A program made the translations under genes and the position numbers. A stretch of DNA of 64,000 nucleotides from Eledone cirrhosa (taxonomy: Eukaryota), in NCBI GenBank assembly GCA_964016885.1, contig OZ024740.1:372558001-372622000 (forward strand), given 5' to 3'. The notes under the pieces were generated by a model, which ran no database searches, was not told the DNA's origin, and saw nothing but the letters and a program-made list of their open reading frames with translations. Shown here piece after piece: positions 29,501 through 44,873 of this stretch. The first letter of the stretch is position 1. Each line of letters opens with the position of its first letter.

Positions 29501-31501
29501 CGCGACTAAACGTTACAAGAATCAAGCTATTATATGAACCTTCATATCATGATAAAACATAAAGTCGTAAACAAATAAATATTAATTAAATCATGACTAG
29601 ATAATAGATTAAGTATTGCGTCATGAAAGCAACACTTGGTTGAATGATGGATGCTTAACAATAAAATACATTTCAGATTTTAATAGTTATGCAAAATTCT
29701 ATAGAAAATAAAGTTTACAAAATTTATAGCAGATTTGATTCGATAGTAGATACAATTTAGTTAAATTAAATTTTTATGATAACAGTTTGATCTATCGACT
29801 GTTGATTTTGTATTTTTGTCTCGAAACAATATAAGAAGTATTTTTCGTAATATAACGGTCCTTAAGTTTGTGCTGCCTTTCGTATTTATAGATTAAGTTT
29901 CAACAAAACCAGTTAGTAAACTAGTTTCGAATTCTAACTGTTAGAATGTGTTCACAGCATACTAATTTATACATACAATGTCTCCTACCATATATTATGA
30001 TACAGAAATCTCATGAGAAAGCATTTACAACCTTCTACGATTATCTGAAATCTCTGAGGATAATTCTATAATATAATAATTATTTGTTCAACACTTTACT
30101 TTGATAATTTACAATAATAATATTATTATCAAATGTGTCAATTTTGAAAGGAACATTCTATATCTGAATGATTTGCCTTAATCATATTTGTACTTATATT
30201 ATCGATCCTATGCAGATGGAAACCTATGTAAACCACATACGAAGTGATTTGAAAATGTAAAAGGTCACCTTAACGTATTCGAAATCATTTAACATGGGGC
30301 TCTGTCGTCTATAAATATATGTCATTCTTACTGTGTCGATAAAGTAAAGTACCAGTAATACACTGGGATAATTGTTGGCCTTGTGCCAACAGTAGAAGCA
30401 ATAATTCTAGAGTATAACATCCGTTTGAGTATACGATGTATGTAATACAAGTGTGGGTATAATAAAAAAAATAAAAATGTCAAGAATTTATACTCCTGTT
30501 TTTAAATCTATCGTCTTCCACGAATTAAAATTGCGCCTATTCCTTAAATATTTTACTTCCCTTGATGTTAACGTCAAAGCTTACATGGTTGAAACATAGA
30601 TTCAAACCTACTCTGAAAAATATGTTCATGTCTCCATGTCGTTTGATGAAAAATAACAAGTAGCATCATGTTTACCATGTTCTCTTCGTTAATTTAATAT
30701 ATTGTTTTACAACGTTAAGCATGTTTATCTGATGTCCATTTGTATTGCATAAATTGTTGTAAATGAATGTAATTTTCCTTAATTATCTATTGAATTATCT
30801 CACATGGCATTTGTGCTATATGTTGTTTCATGTGTTTCTACTACACCAGCTATTGTTATCTTTTTCTTTGATATGCCTCTAAGTGCATTTGTGTACGACA
30901 TGGACAAATGCTTATCATTGGTCATATATAATTTGTAATTATCCAATTAACTACGCCGGTGTATTTGTAGCTATTGTAAGAATATATATGGTGGTGCTCT
31001 TTTTGTTCAGCTTTTATTCGAATTTTATTGAGTTAAATTTCGAAGGTTTTACAAAATAGTAGATAATATTCAAGTCCGTTTCTATGGTTAGACAAATTCA
31101 CAATAAAGTCTTATTTATGTACACTCTAATTCCATTGACATTTAATTTGACATTTGAACTACAACATGTTTATAGTTACGGTAGCTGATGTTTTATGGTA
31201 TATACCAAGCCTATATGTTTTTAAACCAGAACCACATTATCACGAATTTCAACCTATCATCTGTGTGCATTGTATTTTATTGACCAGGCCATTTTCTTTT
31301 CCTAACTGTATATTTCTAGCGTCGAATATTATAACCTTTCTTATTTAGGCTGTTTCATCGTTCAGTATTTAAAACAGTTTTATTCAGTAATGCTTTATTT
31401 ATTGTCTGTTAGAAAGTCAATTAAGTCGAACTGGGAAAATGTGTGAAGATCTTTGATTACTATATCGTTCAAAGTTAGAGAAAGAAAGTATATTGTTAAC
31501 G

Positions 31502-31534
<33 letters not shown>

Positions 31535-32502
31535 AGGAAGGAAAATGTAGCTGGAATCTTTCTAAGAATATTTATTTATTTCCTTTACCGGTTTCACAGT
31601 TCTTATGCTTTCCAAAAGTAGAATTGCGATGGAGGGTAATTTGGTTTGGGAACAGATATAAATATATTAGTGTATGTATATGCATGAATAAAACATCACT
31701 TTCGCAGCATCTTCATAAATTAACTTCCTCCTAATAATTGACTTGCTACAATCTCTGTCATATAAATATCAGCCACATGAAAATCAGAGCCGATAGTATT
31801 ATTCCTATTTTCGCACAATTGATAGATTTTCTTATCGGCGAAATAAATCAGGAAGTTATCCGGGAAAGACAGTGAGTTTGTTTCTGTCTCGTGGCAATGA
31901 CGAAACAGGATGTGTGGTATATGTGATTGAAAGAACTGGAGATAGGAAGATTCCTCTGCAATGAAGTCCTCATGAGAAGTGGGAATGAAATACTACACTG
32001 CAATAATTCCACTAACATGTGTTTACAAATGGGCAGCATCCTCTGTATGTGTACAGGATCATAATTAACACGGGAACAGCATCTGGGTTGGAAAGACGTC
32101 AGCTGGAATGAGACGCTACAACTTGGACGTGAAGGAAATCATATATTATTGGATTCTTTCATTGGTCTTCAGTGACTACCATCCCCTTGTGTATTGTTTA
32201 TACTTACACTTTTCCATAAACAATTTCGATTTAATCCGCTGTCATTTTGTATACTGACTAAGGAATGTCTCATCTGTGATGTTGTTGTAAATATAATGCT
32301 TAAAGGCATCGGACAACAAGATTTGCATCATATAGTTACGGCCGTTTACATCCTGATAGCCACCGAGGTTAGCTTTTCCTTTTATCCTGAAGGGTTCGTA
32401 AGGCACTAGGTTCGATTTAATCGACATTCGACTCTCTTCACCACTTCAAACAGCTGGCCGCAAGCCAAAAGTAGAAACAAATATTTCTATCATCATCATT
32501 AA

Positions 32503-32707
32503 AGTGGTGGATTAGCAATATTGGTAGATCGTTGGAGTAACGCTCTGCGGCATATATTTACCACTTTCTATGTTTTAATTTCAAATCTCAGTCGAACTTT
32601 GCTTTTCATCTTTCCTGAATCAATAACCCTTTAAGTCCTGAGTTCGATATAATCGACCTTCCGCTTCCCTTAAATTCCTGGCCTAACGCCATAATTAGAA
32701 ACTATTG
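32503..32707 (+). mobile_element. Diverged tRNA-derived SINE
   Basis: GGTGGATTAGCA..TTCAAATCTCAGTCGAACTTTGCTTTTCATC..CTGGCCT..ATTAGAAAC. Confidence 0.6.
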
Positions 32708-34005
32708 TCATTAGAGTTTTTCCTCCTCCTTCTCATCCTACTTGTAGTAGTAGTATCAGGAGAAGGAAGTGGAGCAAGAACAGTAGAAGTAACAGTAGTA
32801 GTCATTGTTGTTATTGTTACATTACTTATAATGTCTAGTATATGTACTACCAAAGAAATTAATATACTGCAAATAACAATAATAATAAAAATATGAGAAC
32901 AAAGTTATCAGAGATGAGTATAGAGAAGCACAGTTAAACAACTCTCGTAACATTAGCGAGAGAAAATAACAAAAACATTAGCATATTAAAACAAAACACA
33001 AACCCACACAAAAAAATATTTATATACATATATATATACTGGCACATTTGTTGTTAATGTGAGTTTTATCTCTGATATTTTTTATGTTTCATTTCAGATA
33101 GTTTCCTAGATGTTTTACTGACTTTTTAAAATCTTTTATTCTTTTTCAAATGTGTTATTTGCTGCCATGCTGTGTTTGACAGCCTGTCAATAGTAGCGGT
33201 GACTTTTTTTCGAGACTTTGTAATGTATCACTAATGTATTTTAACCCGCATCTAATTTACTCCAACTGTGTACAACTCAATGCTCTAGGACAGTATTACA
33301 ACATAACGTATGTGACTTTTTTGTTATTTTAAATAGATTTTGATGTTCTCTTCTCTTTTGGTTTTGTTTAGTTCTGTTATTTAATCATTGTTCATTTGGA
33401 CATATTTTAAATACATTTTAAGATATATATGTCTATCTGTGTTCACGCTAGTCCATATGAATGTAGGCCCACACAAAGCGTGTGCTCGTATGCTTATATG
33501 AGGGCGTGTGAGTGGGTGTGCATTCCTGTCTGCGATTATATGTATATATATGTGCATGTGTGTGCTATAGATAATTTGAATTGTATGATATTTCGTTCTC
33601 ATTATGCATGCATATAGTAAGTAAGTGAAATCTAAACGGAGAGTAACACAACAAAGGGTAGAGTACGATGAAGATATATATTAGTTTAATGCTTAATATA
33701 TATATATATTCCCACTACAAGCCGAATATTACATAAAAGAGGGACATCCCCCAACTATATAAACCTTAATCTAGTTAGAAAAATATAAAAACAATCTCTT
33801 TTCAACATATATTAATAACCTTAAATTACCATACTAATAATGAAAAGATATGCTGATGAGAATAGGTACAAATATGCGATAATGAATGTGTCTAAAAACG
33901 TCCATAAGTATGTATATATATGTGAAAATGTATATAAATAAGTAAATATATATATATGTTTGATGTGTATAGTTAGATGTAAGTGTATTCATGTATTAAA
34001 GTGCT

Positions 34006-34054
<49 letters not shown>

Positions 34055-34055
34055 G

Positions 34056-34122
<67 letters not shown>

Positions 34123-34837
34123 GTGTATGTATGTATGTGTATATGGATGTGTATGTATGTGTATGTGTGTACACATGGACTAGAGTATGTATGTATATAT
34201 GTGTGTGTCTATACGTGTGTATATATAAAGATAAGTTGAGTATGAAAATGTATACACATGAGCGCGTATGTATGTACATGAATACATGTGTGTATATATA
34301 TGTGTATGCATGTGTATATATATGTAAGTATGAATATGTGAATTGTGAGTATATGTATTTTGTAGAGGTGTGCAAATATATTTGTGTGTGAATGCGTGGG
34401 TGAAAGAATACGTACACTTGAAAGAAAAATTTAAGTCTGAATGTTAAGTGCAAACACAAAACCAACCACGCATATCTTTACTATCTCTAATCCTTCTATA
34501 GATTTAGAAAAATAACCAATAATATATTCTATAAAAAATGTCAAAACAACAGATGGGAATCTAATTAATCACTGCCACCAAGAATTCTCACTGCTATCGA
34601 AAAACCACTCCTTCAACTATTCTTCTAACAACTTCACCCCTTCCTCCTAATATTCTCTATAAAAACTAAATAGGTCCTCAGTAATATTATTCTGATGAAA
34701 TGACAGTAAACAATAACATTGAAATATTGAATGTCTGCATAACTAAAAGTTTGTAGATAGCTGTTTTAGGTTATGTAACTGTTATAGAAACACGTGTCAA
34801 TAAATTCCTTTCAACTAAACTGTATCCATTCAAATCT

Positions 34838-34916
<79 letters not shown>

Positions 34917-37900
34917 GTTATTTATTTATATATGTGTGTGTATCTGTGTGTCTGTTGCACACACGTAATTAACATTGGGGGCTCTGACTCACGTAATTGC
35001 TGACTCTGGAGGTTTATGTTATAACCAAGCCTCGTACTTTGGATTGCACATGAGCCGAGCAGTTGCTGGGTCTCCTCGAAATATGATCTTTCTAGGCTTT
35101 CCATCTCTGCGCCTGCTGTCATAGATCCACTTGTTTGTTTTGGTGATTATTTTGTGTATCTGATCGTGTATCCATATAATTGTGTGTGAGTGTGTGTGTG
35201 TGTGTGTGGTGTGTGTGTGTGTATGTGTATATATATATATGCATATGCACACACACATATACACTCATATGCATATACATATACATGTATGTGTATGTAA
35301 ACGTAGTTGCATGTGTGTGTGTGTTTGCGTGTTTCCTTTTATTTTAACCCATATATATATATATGTAAATATGCGCCTGTGTACATATTCTTGTATAAAT
35401 GACTATATATGCACCCATATCATACAACGTAGAAACAAATGATGCACAGAAAAAAATATGTTGAGGCATTCTCCAATAAGGACGTTTCTTAAGTTATTCG
35501 TAGGTTTAACTTTATTACCTGTCTTTTTCTTCTAAATATGCTGTCTGCAAAAGACAGAAAACATTTTGGTTCACTAATACTAAAAGTTTCTGAAACGTTC
35601 TTTGAATTGGTTGCCATTTAGAAAACCAATCTTCTATCGTATTCTGTCTAATTGGATATCCTCGTTTCTAGTATTTTCTTTCATCCACTATTACATATCG
35701 GTCTATTCGCTATGTTACTCATAACAATATTACCACCAGTTTTAACTTGAGTTCCCCACCACCACTGTCACCAGTGCCACTACCACACATTCCTACCAGA
35801 AACAACAACAACAACAAAAAACAACAAGGACAATAAGAACAACAATAACAACAACAACAACCCATTACTAACATTTGCAATTTATGTAAGCATTACTTGA
35901 GGTCGATATTCTACATTTAGTTCTTTCCCCTCTTAATTGTTTTTTTTATTTAAATATTTTTACTCTTAATTCCATTTGTTATTTGTGTTTTATTGTTACT
36001 CTTGCTGATGATAACTTTTTTCCGTTTAAATTGTTATTCATCTTTTCTTTGTTACTTGTTCATTTAGTGTGTTTTTTTCTGATGTGTGTGTGAGTGTGTA
36101 TATATGTGTGTATGTATGTGTGTATGGTGGGTGATTGTGAGTGTGTGTGTGGAATGTGGGTTGCCAGAGCTTAAAGTCTAATCAAGAAATCACATATCAA
36201 CAACGATTCGTTTTTTTCTTCCTCCAGATATATCCTGAGAGATACATCAAAATTGTTCTGCCAACCGATGAATCTTTTCATAAGCCATTACAAAGCTAAA
36301 GTGATGCCTAGTATTGATTCTATTATAACTATGTAGTGGTATCAGAGAAATCAGAAATATAGTAATAATGGCAAAAAGCAAACCAATAAAAATAAAATCA
36401 ACAAAATAATCATGAATTGAGGAATACTAAACAAATTCCTCTGCCCATAGAATCTATGTTTTTGTACATGTTTGTAGTTTTATATGAATGAGTGTTCGTA
36501 GCTGTGTTGAAGGTACATATTATAATGTGCACATAGACCAGTAAGTTACCAGCAAATGCACAGTATTGAACCTAATGACGTCTATATCTGGGTTCAAATA
36601 TCACTAACATCGAAGATTTTGTTTTTTGTTATCATAGCGCAATCAAACAAATAATTACGTGTAATGTCGTAAATCGATTGGTTTGGCTATAGCCAATCTC
36701 ATAAAGAAATTAGCCCTCTGTGTTGTGGAAATATAATAATACATGTGCAAAAATCATCTAGTAATGAAACGTTTATCTATATAATTATACATTTGTGTTT
36801 ATACATATAAATATATCAACATATGATACATATGTAGCACATCAGAGTTCATATGTCCATATAAGTACACGTATTATTTTCATGCGAATCACAGAGCAAT
36901 CATTTCTGCTATAAAGCTTAAATGTGATTTCAAATTATTTTTCAAACAATAATTTCATCCGGTTAATAATCTCCTGTCTGACACGAACTTTTAATTATTC
37001 ACACCAGATGTATATTTATATAGGCATTGTCATTCAGATATTGTGTGGGTTAGAAAAGTCGCTCTTAAGTGCAACTTGTAAAATTTTCGTAGCCGCTGGT
37101 CAACTTGAAATTTGTTGAGAAAGTTAAGAGAGAAATAATGACTAATGCGTTGCTACTAATGTCTAATTCGATCACAGTCAGTAGCCCATATAAAAATCAT
37201 GGAATCTAATTGACCCTAATATTAATCAGGCCTTCTCCCAAGGGAGGTAGTTATTTGATTGATGTCCTAGTAGAAGTCTGATTCTGGAGGACTACCTCCA
37301 CTTTTGGCAACGAAGAAACAACACTCTAGAAGGTAATGTATAGTAGCACATTAATAAGTGAATGCCTTACTTGTCCAACAATAAATTATGTATATCACAA
37401 ATTAAAAGAAAAAAACGCGTTACCGTGCTGTATCGTTTCCAGAAAATTCGAACAGGATTCAGAATCACAATTATCATATAGTAGTTGTTTGTAATTCTGA
37501 ATAACCTACAGATAAAGTTTGTGTTTAATGTAGGTCTAGAGGCTATGAGAACTATTCCTTGTCCACGTGATTGTCTGTAAGTTATTTCAAACATGAAGGA
37601 CAAACAGAAGAGTAGATATTCGTGGAAACGTTATAGAGTGATTGTGACCGCCAATATTTGTGTCCGTGAAAGTGACGAAAGAAAACAGGGAAAAAGTATC
37701 CACTCAAGACAAAACAAAATATCTGTAATGTAAATTCATACTTATATAGCTAGTGCATTTTTAATTTGTTTATTGAATCATATTTATTGAGAATAATTGT
37801 TTATGTTACATGCACTTTCAAAAAGTTTATACAAAATTAGTAATAAAAAATACCTCTTGGAATGGCACTAAATAACAAAAGTAATTTTGGAATCAAAAGT

Positions 37901-38295
37901 AAATTGCTTTAAAGTAAAATGGCATCATGAAACAAAATCCATTCTACTAAGAAAATGAACTTCAGATGTTTTATTCGTTTAAATTTACCACAAGTGAATA
38001 TTACAAGCATGTTACAGATTGCCTGGTGCATATATGAAATCATTGCCTAATAAACTCATTCTTCACTTTAATATTTTCATTGAAATGAAAAGAAAATATG
38101 ATTTAATGCGAAAGAAAACAAATAAAAAATATAACTTTCCCATATTCACTAGGCTCCAAAACTTTTATTGATAGAACATTTAGTTTAATAAGATCTTGAT
38201 GCGTATGAACTACTAAACTAAATATATAATTATATGTTCCTATGAAGTACTCATTACGAAAGTTATATTTCACTTATATAAAAGAAAATACATAT

Positions 38296-38353
<58 letters not shown>

Positions 38354-39063
38354 ATATATATATATAATTATGTGTATGTGTGTGGGTATAGGTGTACATA
38401 TGCCTCTCTCTAATGACTTTCATGAATACTGACGTATGCGAACGCATACACATGTATTTTCGCGCTTGCACACATTGCAAATATGCACACATACATTCGT
38501 ACGTACTTACAAGCATACACACACACACACACATACACATATATATATATATACATACATATGTGTGTGTTTGTGTGTTCATATATATGCATATACAATC
38601 GCACGGGGTGTATATATTTGCAATGAAAATGTTCTTTATAATCAATATTTAAACACTTTACAACATGAATAAACGTTGCAATGGAGTCTTAACTACCACC
38701 TTTGTCAATTTATAGCAAATATATATGAGACGTTTTTATATGTTTTCGTCATAGATAATATACATACGCAGATACCATGAAATACCATGTTTAACAATCC
38801 AGTACGAGTGTTAGAAAGCAAATGTGACGGTGCAAACGCAGCAACTTATCCTAATTGTTTTTTAAGAGCACTTCATTAGTGCGTGAATCATAAACCGTAT
38901 CGACCGATATTAATAAACAATTTTATTTAATATAAAAATGTGATCGGCCAATTGGATTTTGTTTCGAATAAAAAACGCATAACAACTCACATTTGCATAG
39001 TGACACATACACAGCACACAAAACACATACATAAACATGTATGTCGGTGCATACATATATGTA

Positions 39064-39116
<53 letters not shown>

Positions 39117-39175
39117 AAAATCGAAAAAAGTTTCGTTTACATATGAAAAAATTATTTTTTGTGTATATATACATA

Positions 39176-39219
<44 letters not shown>

Positions 39220-39381
39220 ACATATGTGTGTGTATATATATATACATACATATATATTTTTATACATGCATAGGTATGTGTATGTACATATAGTATTTTT
39301 ATATACCCATCTATATATTTATATAGATATATGCATATTTGTATATGTGTAATGTATGTCTATATATATATATATATGTAT

Positions 39382-39441
<60 letters not shown>

Positions 39442-41855
39442 TTAAGGGTATGTATAGAACCAATCATAACTGGCTTTTTAAGTGGTAATGCGTCTCTGTG
39501 TAAAAGAGTAAAAAGCCAAAGAAGCTAATTCATAACATATTATCTTTAGTTCTAATGGTGGTACTCATGAACGAAACATCAAGACAGTAATAACTTTGTT
39601 ATGTCAATAATTTAACACCAATATTATATTTTGCTATAACTAAAAAATAAACAAAGAAAGATGCGACAATCTTTGATATTCACTTTAAAGTTTATTTGAT
39701 CTTTTTCATACCACACATGAGAAGATTTACGCCATATAAACGCAACGCAACGCAAATAACCAATCGTATTTTTCATTCATTTCAGGCATATAACTTAGCA
39801 GCATTCTCACTGCACTCATGTAACTTCACTTCTAACCAACGGTTAGGCATATAACTTCCCGCTGATTCGAATCTGTGATCCGATTTCGAACGCGTACTGA
39901 AGCAATTTATATCAATAATGCATTTAGAAAAAACATTACATTGTGTGAACATTCTTTTATGAATTATAGGATTTGTGTGAATCATAATCCCACCGTATAT
40001 TACTGGGGCGTACTTTATTGATTATGTTACCATTCATATTCAAAATTAAAATCTTTTCATTTGCATTCACCAATATCATTTACCAAAGTGTATCAAAATT
40101 ATATTCTTCTATTTCAGTTTCACTCAAAATTACTAATCTAAATATAGGTTTGAACGTGTATGTCAGGTATAGAAATGCATTGATTTACACTGTAATAGAG
40201 TAGTTGAGATTTAGAATAGCAATCATACATACTTGCAGAGGCTATATATGAAACTATGAGTCATGTATATTTCCAATAATATGTGAATACTTAAATGTAA
40301 TACGTTGTAGTATATTCAGCGTTGAGCACACAGATGCAAGAGCGTAGTTTCTAGTGAGCTGAGTGAGGCAGCTCTCAATATACGCATCGAAACGGTTACG
40401 TCTATGTTAACAGTATATTTACGGTGTAAACACTTTACATTTCCTCACCATTACAAGAGATAAAGAGTACGTATTTGATATCCTTCACATTTAATATAAA
40501 GATCTAATTCTACCCTTATTAAAGGAGAAATGAATGCCATGTGATCTGTTTTCCTCCTTCTTCAGGCGGATACCACTTCGATTCTTCTGGGAATAAATAA
40601 ATATTTATATGTTTTATATCTTACATTCTTGACGTAGATTATAAATTGCTGGCCTTGTGCCTAACGTAGAAACAATTATAAATAAACGTTAATTAAAATG
40701 AAAAAAAAATACAAATATAAAAGATCATTGGTTTGAAAATAGTTGGTGATTTTTCAGTGTTTTGTGGCTTCAAATAATAAAATAAAAGAGACAGAGGGAA
40801 CCGTCTTTATAAGTATATTAATAATATTACGTTCACATTTTTTCATTTTTTAAAATAAATTCATAGGGAATTATTATTTATAATTTCATTCATTCGTTAT
40901 AAATTTTATCTAAAAACCTGTTGATGCTGAAGGGATAAAACAATGTGTTTTATCTTTTAGCAATATTATTTGATAAAGTAACATTTTCTATTCTGTGACG
41001 GAAAAAAAAAATAAACACACTCCCTCTCCTCAACATAGTAATTGAAATATGTCGGTGCTGTGACTGCAATAACTTTTCATCCTAAGCAGGAAATAAAAGG
41101 CAGTATATTTAATTCCAAATATTCTTAAAACTTGAATTAACCGCACTTTGTGTGTATGGTTACAGAGCAGCATTCTCACTGCACTCATGTAACTTCACTT
41201 CTGACCAAATCAAAGAGAGAGTTGAACTCATCATTTTACTCCAAAGGACACTCGCCAAGTTCAGAACTAATAAATCTCTACTGAACAATAATCAATCATA
41301 TGACCCCTTGATAACAACATAGAAGTGAGTTGTTCTATTGGGAATCAGACGTCATGTCTATAAAACTCATTAAATCATTTTAAACAATTCGGTCATTTAA
41401 GCCTTATGTTGCAAGGAAAATAACAGTTCACTGTTAACCCATTCACATATAATATTAGTTTGTCTACTGTGCATTCCCCTCCCCAACTATGTTTTAAATG
41501 TTTCCTAGATTCTTTTCATTGGGGTGTCTAAGTAGCTTCTTGTCAAATAATTTCTGTCTGAAATGTGCCACTCCTTAACTGTTGAGTTGATTGTCGGGTA
41601 TAATATGCTCTATTTCTAGCACTACCAACTGTCATTTTGTTCTGCTGATATACACACACGTATTTGGTAGCCGAATGACGTATGTGTTATTTTAAATACA
41701 ATGCTGTTTAATTCCGACAAGGTCCATATACTTTCTATTGAATATTCTTTCTATTTGCAAAGAATTCCACTTATGGAAGAATTTATCCCAATATTGGTTG
41801 TTTTAATTTATTAGGATAATTACAATTGATTTTAATTCAAGAAGCTGCACGTAGC

Positions 41856-42009
41856 AGATGATACGAGACAAATCTAATATTAGTTTGTCTAGATTTTATT
41901 CCACCCAATGGGTATTTTGGTATTAGTAAAACTATGTTACATGCTTCTCTAAAGCTTTTTATTTAGATGTCGAAGTATGTTAGAGAAAAATGACTTTCTG
42001 TCTGAAACA

Positions 42010-42075
<66 letters not shown>

Positions 42076-42446
42076 AATAAATAATAATACATTTGAAGAC
42101 TAAAATCCAAGGAGGGCTCGATAAGGATGAATATATATCGAATATATAAGAACGGTAGAGCAAATATTAAGGGTGAAAGCAGCGATTCTTTGCTTAAACT
42201 TTAATCTGTTATTTTAATAACAGGTTAGCTGGATGCTCACTGACATCCAGAGTTGATATTGCACTCAGTGCTCCCGTGGGAGCCCCTACATGGACACAGT
42301 GGAAGAGGAAGACCAAGGTTAACGTATGTTGATGCCCTAAGGACATACACTAGTCTGTTGGAGACGCAGGACATAGGTGCGATAATGAGGGACAGAGGCC
42401 GCTGAAGAGAACTAGTCCATGGATCTCGGGAATTTTACCGGCCCTA

Positions 42447-42508
<62 letters not shown>

Positions 42509-42622
42509 TTAGGTTTGAAGGTTCACCACTGGATAGATCTGGTCATTCCGTGTGGTCAATATTGATGTAATAATATGAAGAGTACTCAACGTAAAGGAGC
42601 TCAACCGTCTTCGTTTGTGTAG

Positions 42623-42672
<50 letters not shown>

Positions 42673-43209
42673 GGAAAAAATGAAACGAAATTTCATTTCT
42701 CACTCTTGGTACGGCTGTTACTTAAATATAAGTATGTATACGTACATACATATATGTATACAGACGTACAGTAATAATATATGTACGTATGGATTCACCG
42801 AACATTTATTATAATGCTCGGTGTGTTTGTAAACAAACATGCCGAATTAAGCCATACAGTGTCTAGCAACGGTCCGGCTGCTGTCTTCTTAACAAACCAC
42901 TCTTCACTGATTGACCTCGATGTGACGTGACTGATTCTTTTGAATTTGCCACCGACGCAGTAGGCAGTGATTTTTTCAATGGCTTGGAATTTAGTCCACG
43001 CTTTTCTTTTTTCCATCCACTGAATTATTTTTGTATAAGTTCCCTGTGTCCACGTATTGCCTGGAAACTTAGCTGAGAATAGACTTCCCTGATGACGAAA
43101 GGTTTCTCCGTACGTTTCTTCGGAAACTATGTTTATTCCCTTTCAGAAAGTAATTAGTTGGAGTGAAATTTTAGTAAGTAAGTTAATTTTATAATTTTCT
43201 TATTTTACG

Positions 43210-43286
<77 letters not shown>

Positions 43287-43439
43287 TCAGACAGAAAGTC
43301 ATTTTTCTCTAACACACTTCGACATCTAAATGAAAAGCTTCAGAGAAGCATTTAACATATAGTCTAACTAATGCCAACACATCCATTGGGTGGAATAAAA
43401 AGCTAGACAAACTAATATTAGATTTTTCTCGTATCATCT
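41856..43439. repeat. ~155-bp inverted repeat pair (41856-42010 / 43282-43439) enclosing (TA)n tracts and later insertions
   Basis: AGATGATACGAGA...TCTGAAACAT versus ATGTTTCAGA...TCTCGTATCATCT. Confidence 0.88.
42222..42447 (+). pseudogene. 3' terminus of an RTE/RTE-X LINE
   Basis: Translates to WEP.HGHSGRGRPRLTYVDAL....MRDR..RELV, followed by (TA)n. Confidence 0.7.
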
Positions 43440-43460
43440 AAATATATATATATATAGTAA

Positions 43461-43639
43461 GAAAAATGTGAAGTTCGGTGTTGCAGTTAAAGAGTCTGCT
43501 ATTAACAAAACTGTGATACATATTTCAATGACGATCGTGGCCACGTTATTGTTCAATTAGGTAACCAGTCACGTGATCTCATCAGACAAGCTTTGTTAAT
43601 AAAGGACTCTTTAACAACTATACCGAATTTATATTTTCC
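43461..43639 (-). ncRNA. Type I hammerhead ribozyme with long extended stem I
   Basis: Minus strand: TGT CTGATGA gatcacg...cgtcatt GAAA tatgta TC ACA; stem I continues as an ~50-bp imperfect duplex. Confidence 0.7.
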
Positions 43640-44366
43640 TCATTCTACATGTACACCGCCCTGACTGAAAAATCATATTTGGAAGAAAACCTAGCGTTGA
43701 GTGCTTGATAGATTTGCATCATCATTTACTGATAGGTGCTACCCCGTTTAGTCGGGTATGTTTAAGATTAGTGTATATATAAATATATATATATATATAT
43801 GTGTATGTGTGTGTGTGTGTGTGCGTATGTGTGTATGTGTGTGTGTGTATGTGTGTATGTGCGTGTGTGTATGTGCGTGTCTGTATGTGTGCCTATATAT
43901 ACATACATGGTGCGCGCGTAGACGCATATAAGTGGTTGTATACAAAAGAAACCGTAAGAAATGGACGTAAATTATCGACCATATTTTCGACAGTAAAGTC
44001 GACTTCACAGTTCATAAATCTTACTTGGCGCAATCATGTAATTATTTCTTAAAGATTTATGAACTTTGAGGGACCTTTCAAAAAACCTAGCGATTTATAC
44101 ATCTTTCTTCAGAGACAGACCAAAATGAAATATGTATTATCTGTTGCCATTATGGTATTTCCACTTTCATATAGTCAAGTTCATGTTAAAATGGAACTGA
44201 TTGTACATGTCTTCTGTCAAGTTTCATTGGAAAACATTCAAAATATTAACTGAATTATGATATTAGTTTTGTATTTATTTGTGGATAATCTCTGAAATCA
44301 TCAAGGCTTTTGTCTTTACCATTCCATCTATTTCTCACTCAATTTCCCAGATCTCTCCCTCTCTCT

Positions 44367-44416
<50 letters not shown>

Positions 44417-44453
44417 ATGTATTTCGAGAGAGAGGGAGAGATCTGGGAAATAG

Positions 44454-44517
<64 letters not shown>

Positions 44518-44873
44518 GTTATATATGTGGGTTCGTGTGCGTATTTCTGTATGTGTTAGTGCGTGTGAGAGCATGCAGGAATGCTCGTATATTCAGATGT
44601 AGATAAGGAAGAAAGAAGGAGATTGACGGCAGCAAATAAATCAGCCTGGTGTTTTTAGTTTCTTCTAAATAAACCGAAATACACATTATTGCTAGGATAT
44701 GGATTTGAATTGCCCCTGACCTGATTTAGTTCTGAAAATCAGATTCATAATAAAACGAAAAAGGAAAGGTTATTTATATAGAAAATATTCGGCACATACA
44801 CGCACGCTTACAGACGCACTGTTAATATTCACACAAACACTTACAATGAGCAACATTATCTTAAACAACGTAA

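Noticed and set aside
34685-34735. CTGATGA-aatg..catt-GAAA hammerhead-like motif
   Set aside because: Stem I only pairs if position 17 is G; at best decayed
31900-35130. Faint RTE-like 3' peptides at ~31960-32140 (+) and ~34975-35130 (-)
   Set aside because: Too degenerate to call without an alignment
37243-37299. 9-bp terminal stem enclosing TGATGT and CTGA, a possible C/D snoRNA or miRNA
   Set aside because: The C box is imperfect, the boxes do not abut the stem and the hairpin is weak
40546-40600. Strong splice acceptor TTTTCCTCCTTCTTCAG followed by a short frame
   Set aside because: No linked exons or recognisable protein; needs RNA-seq
43080-43165. CTGATGA-cgaa..ttcg-GAAA motif
   Set aside because: No proximal stem I or clear UH site
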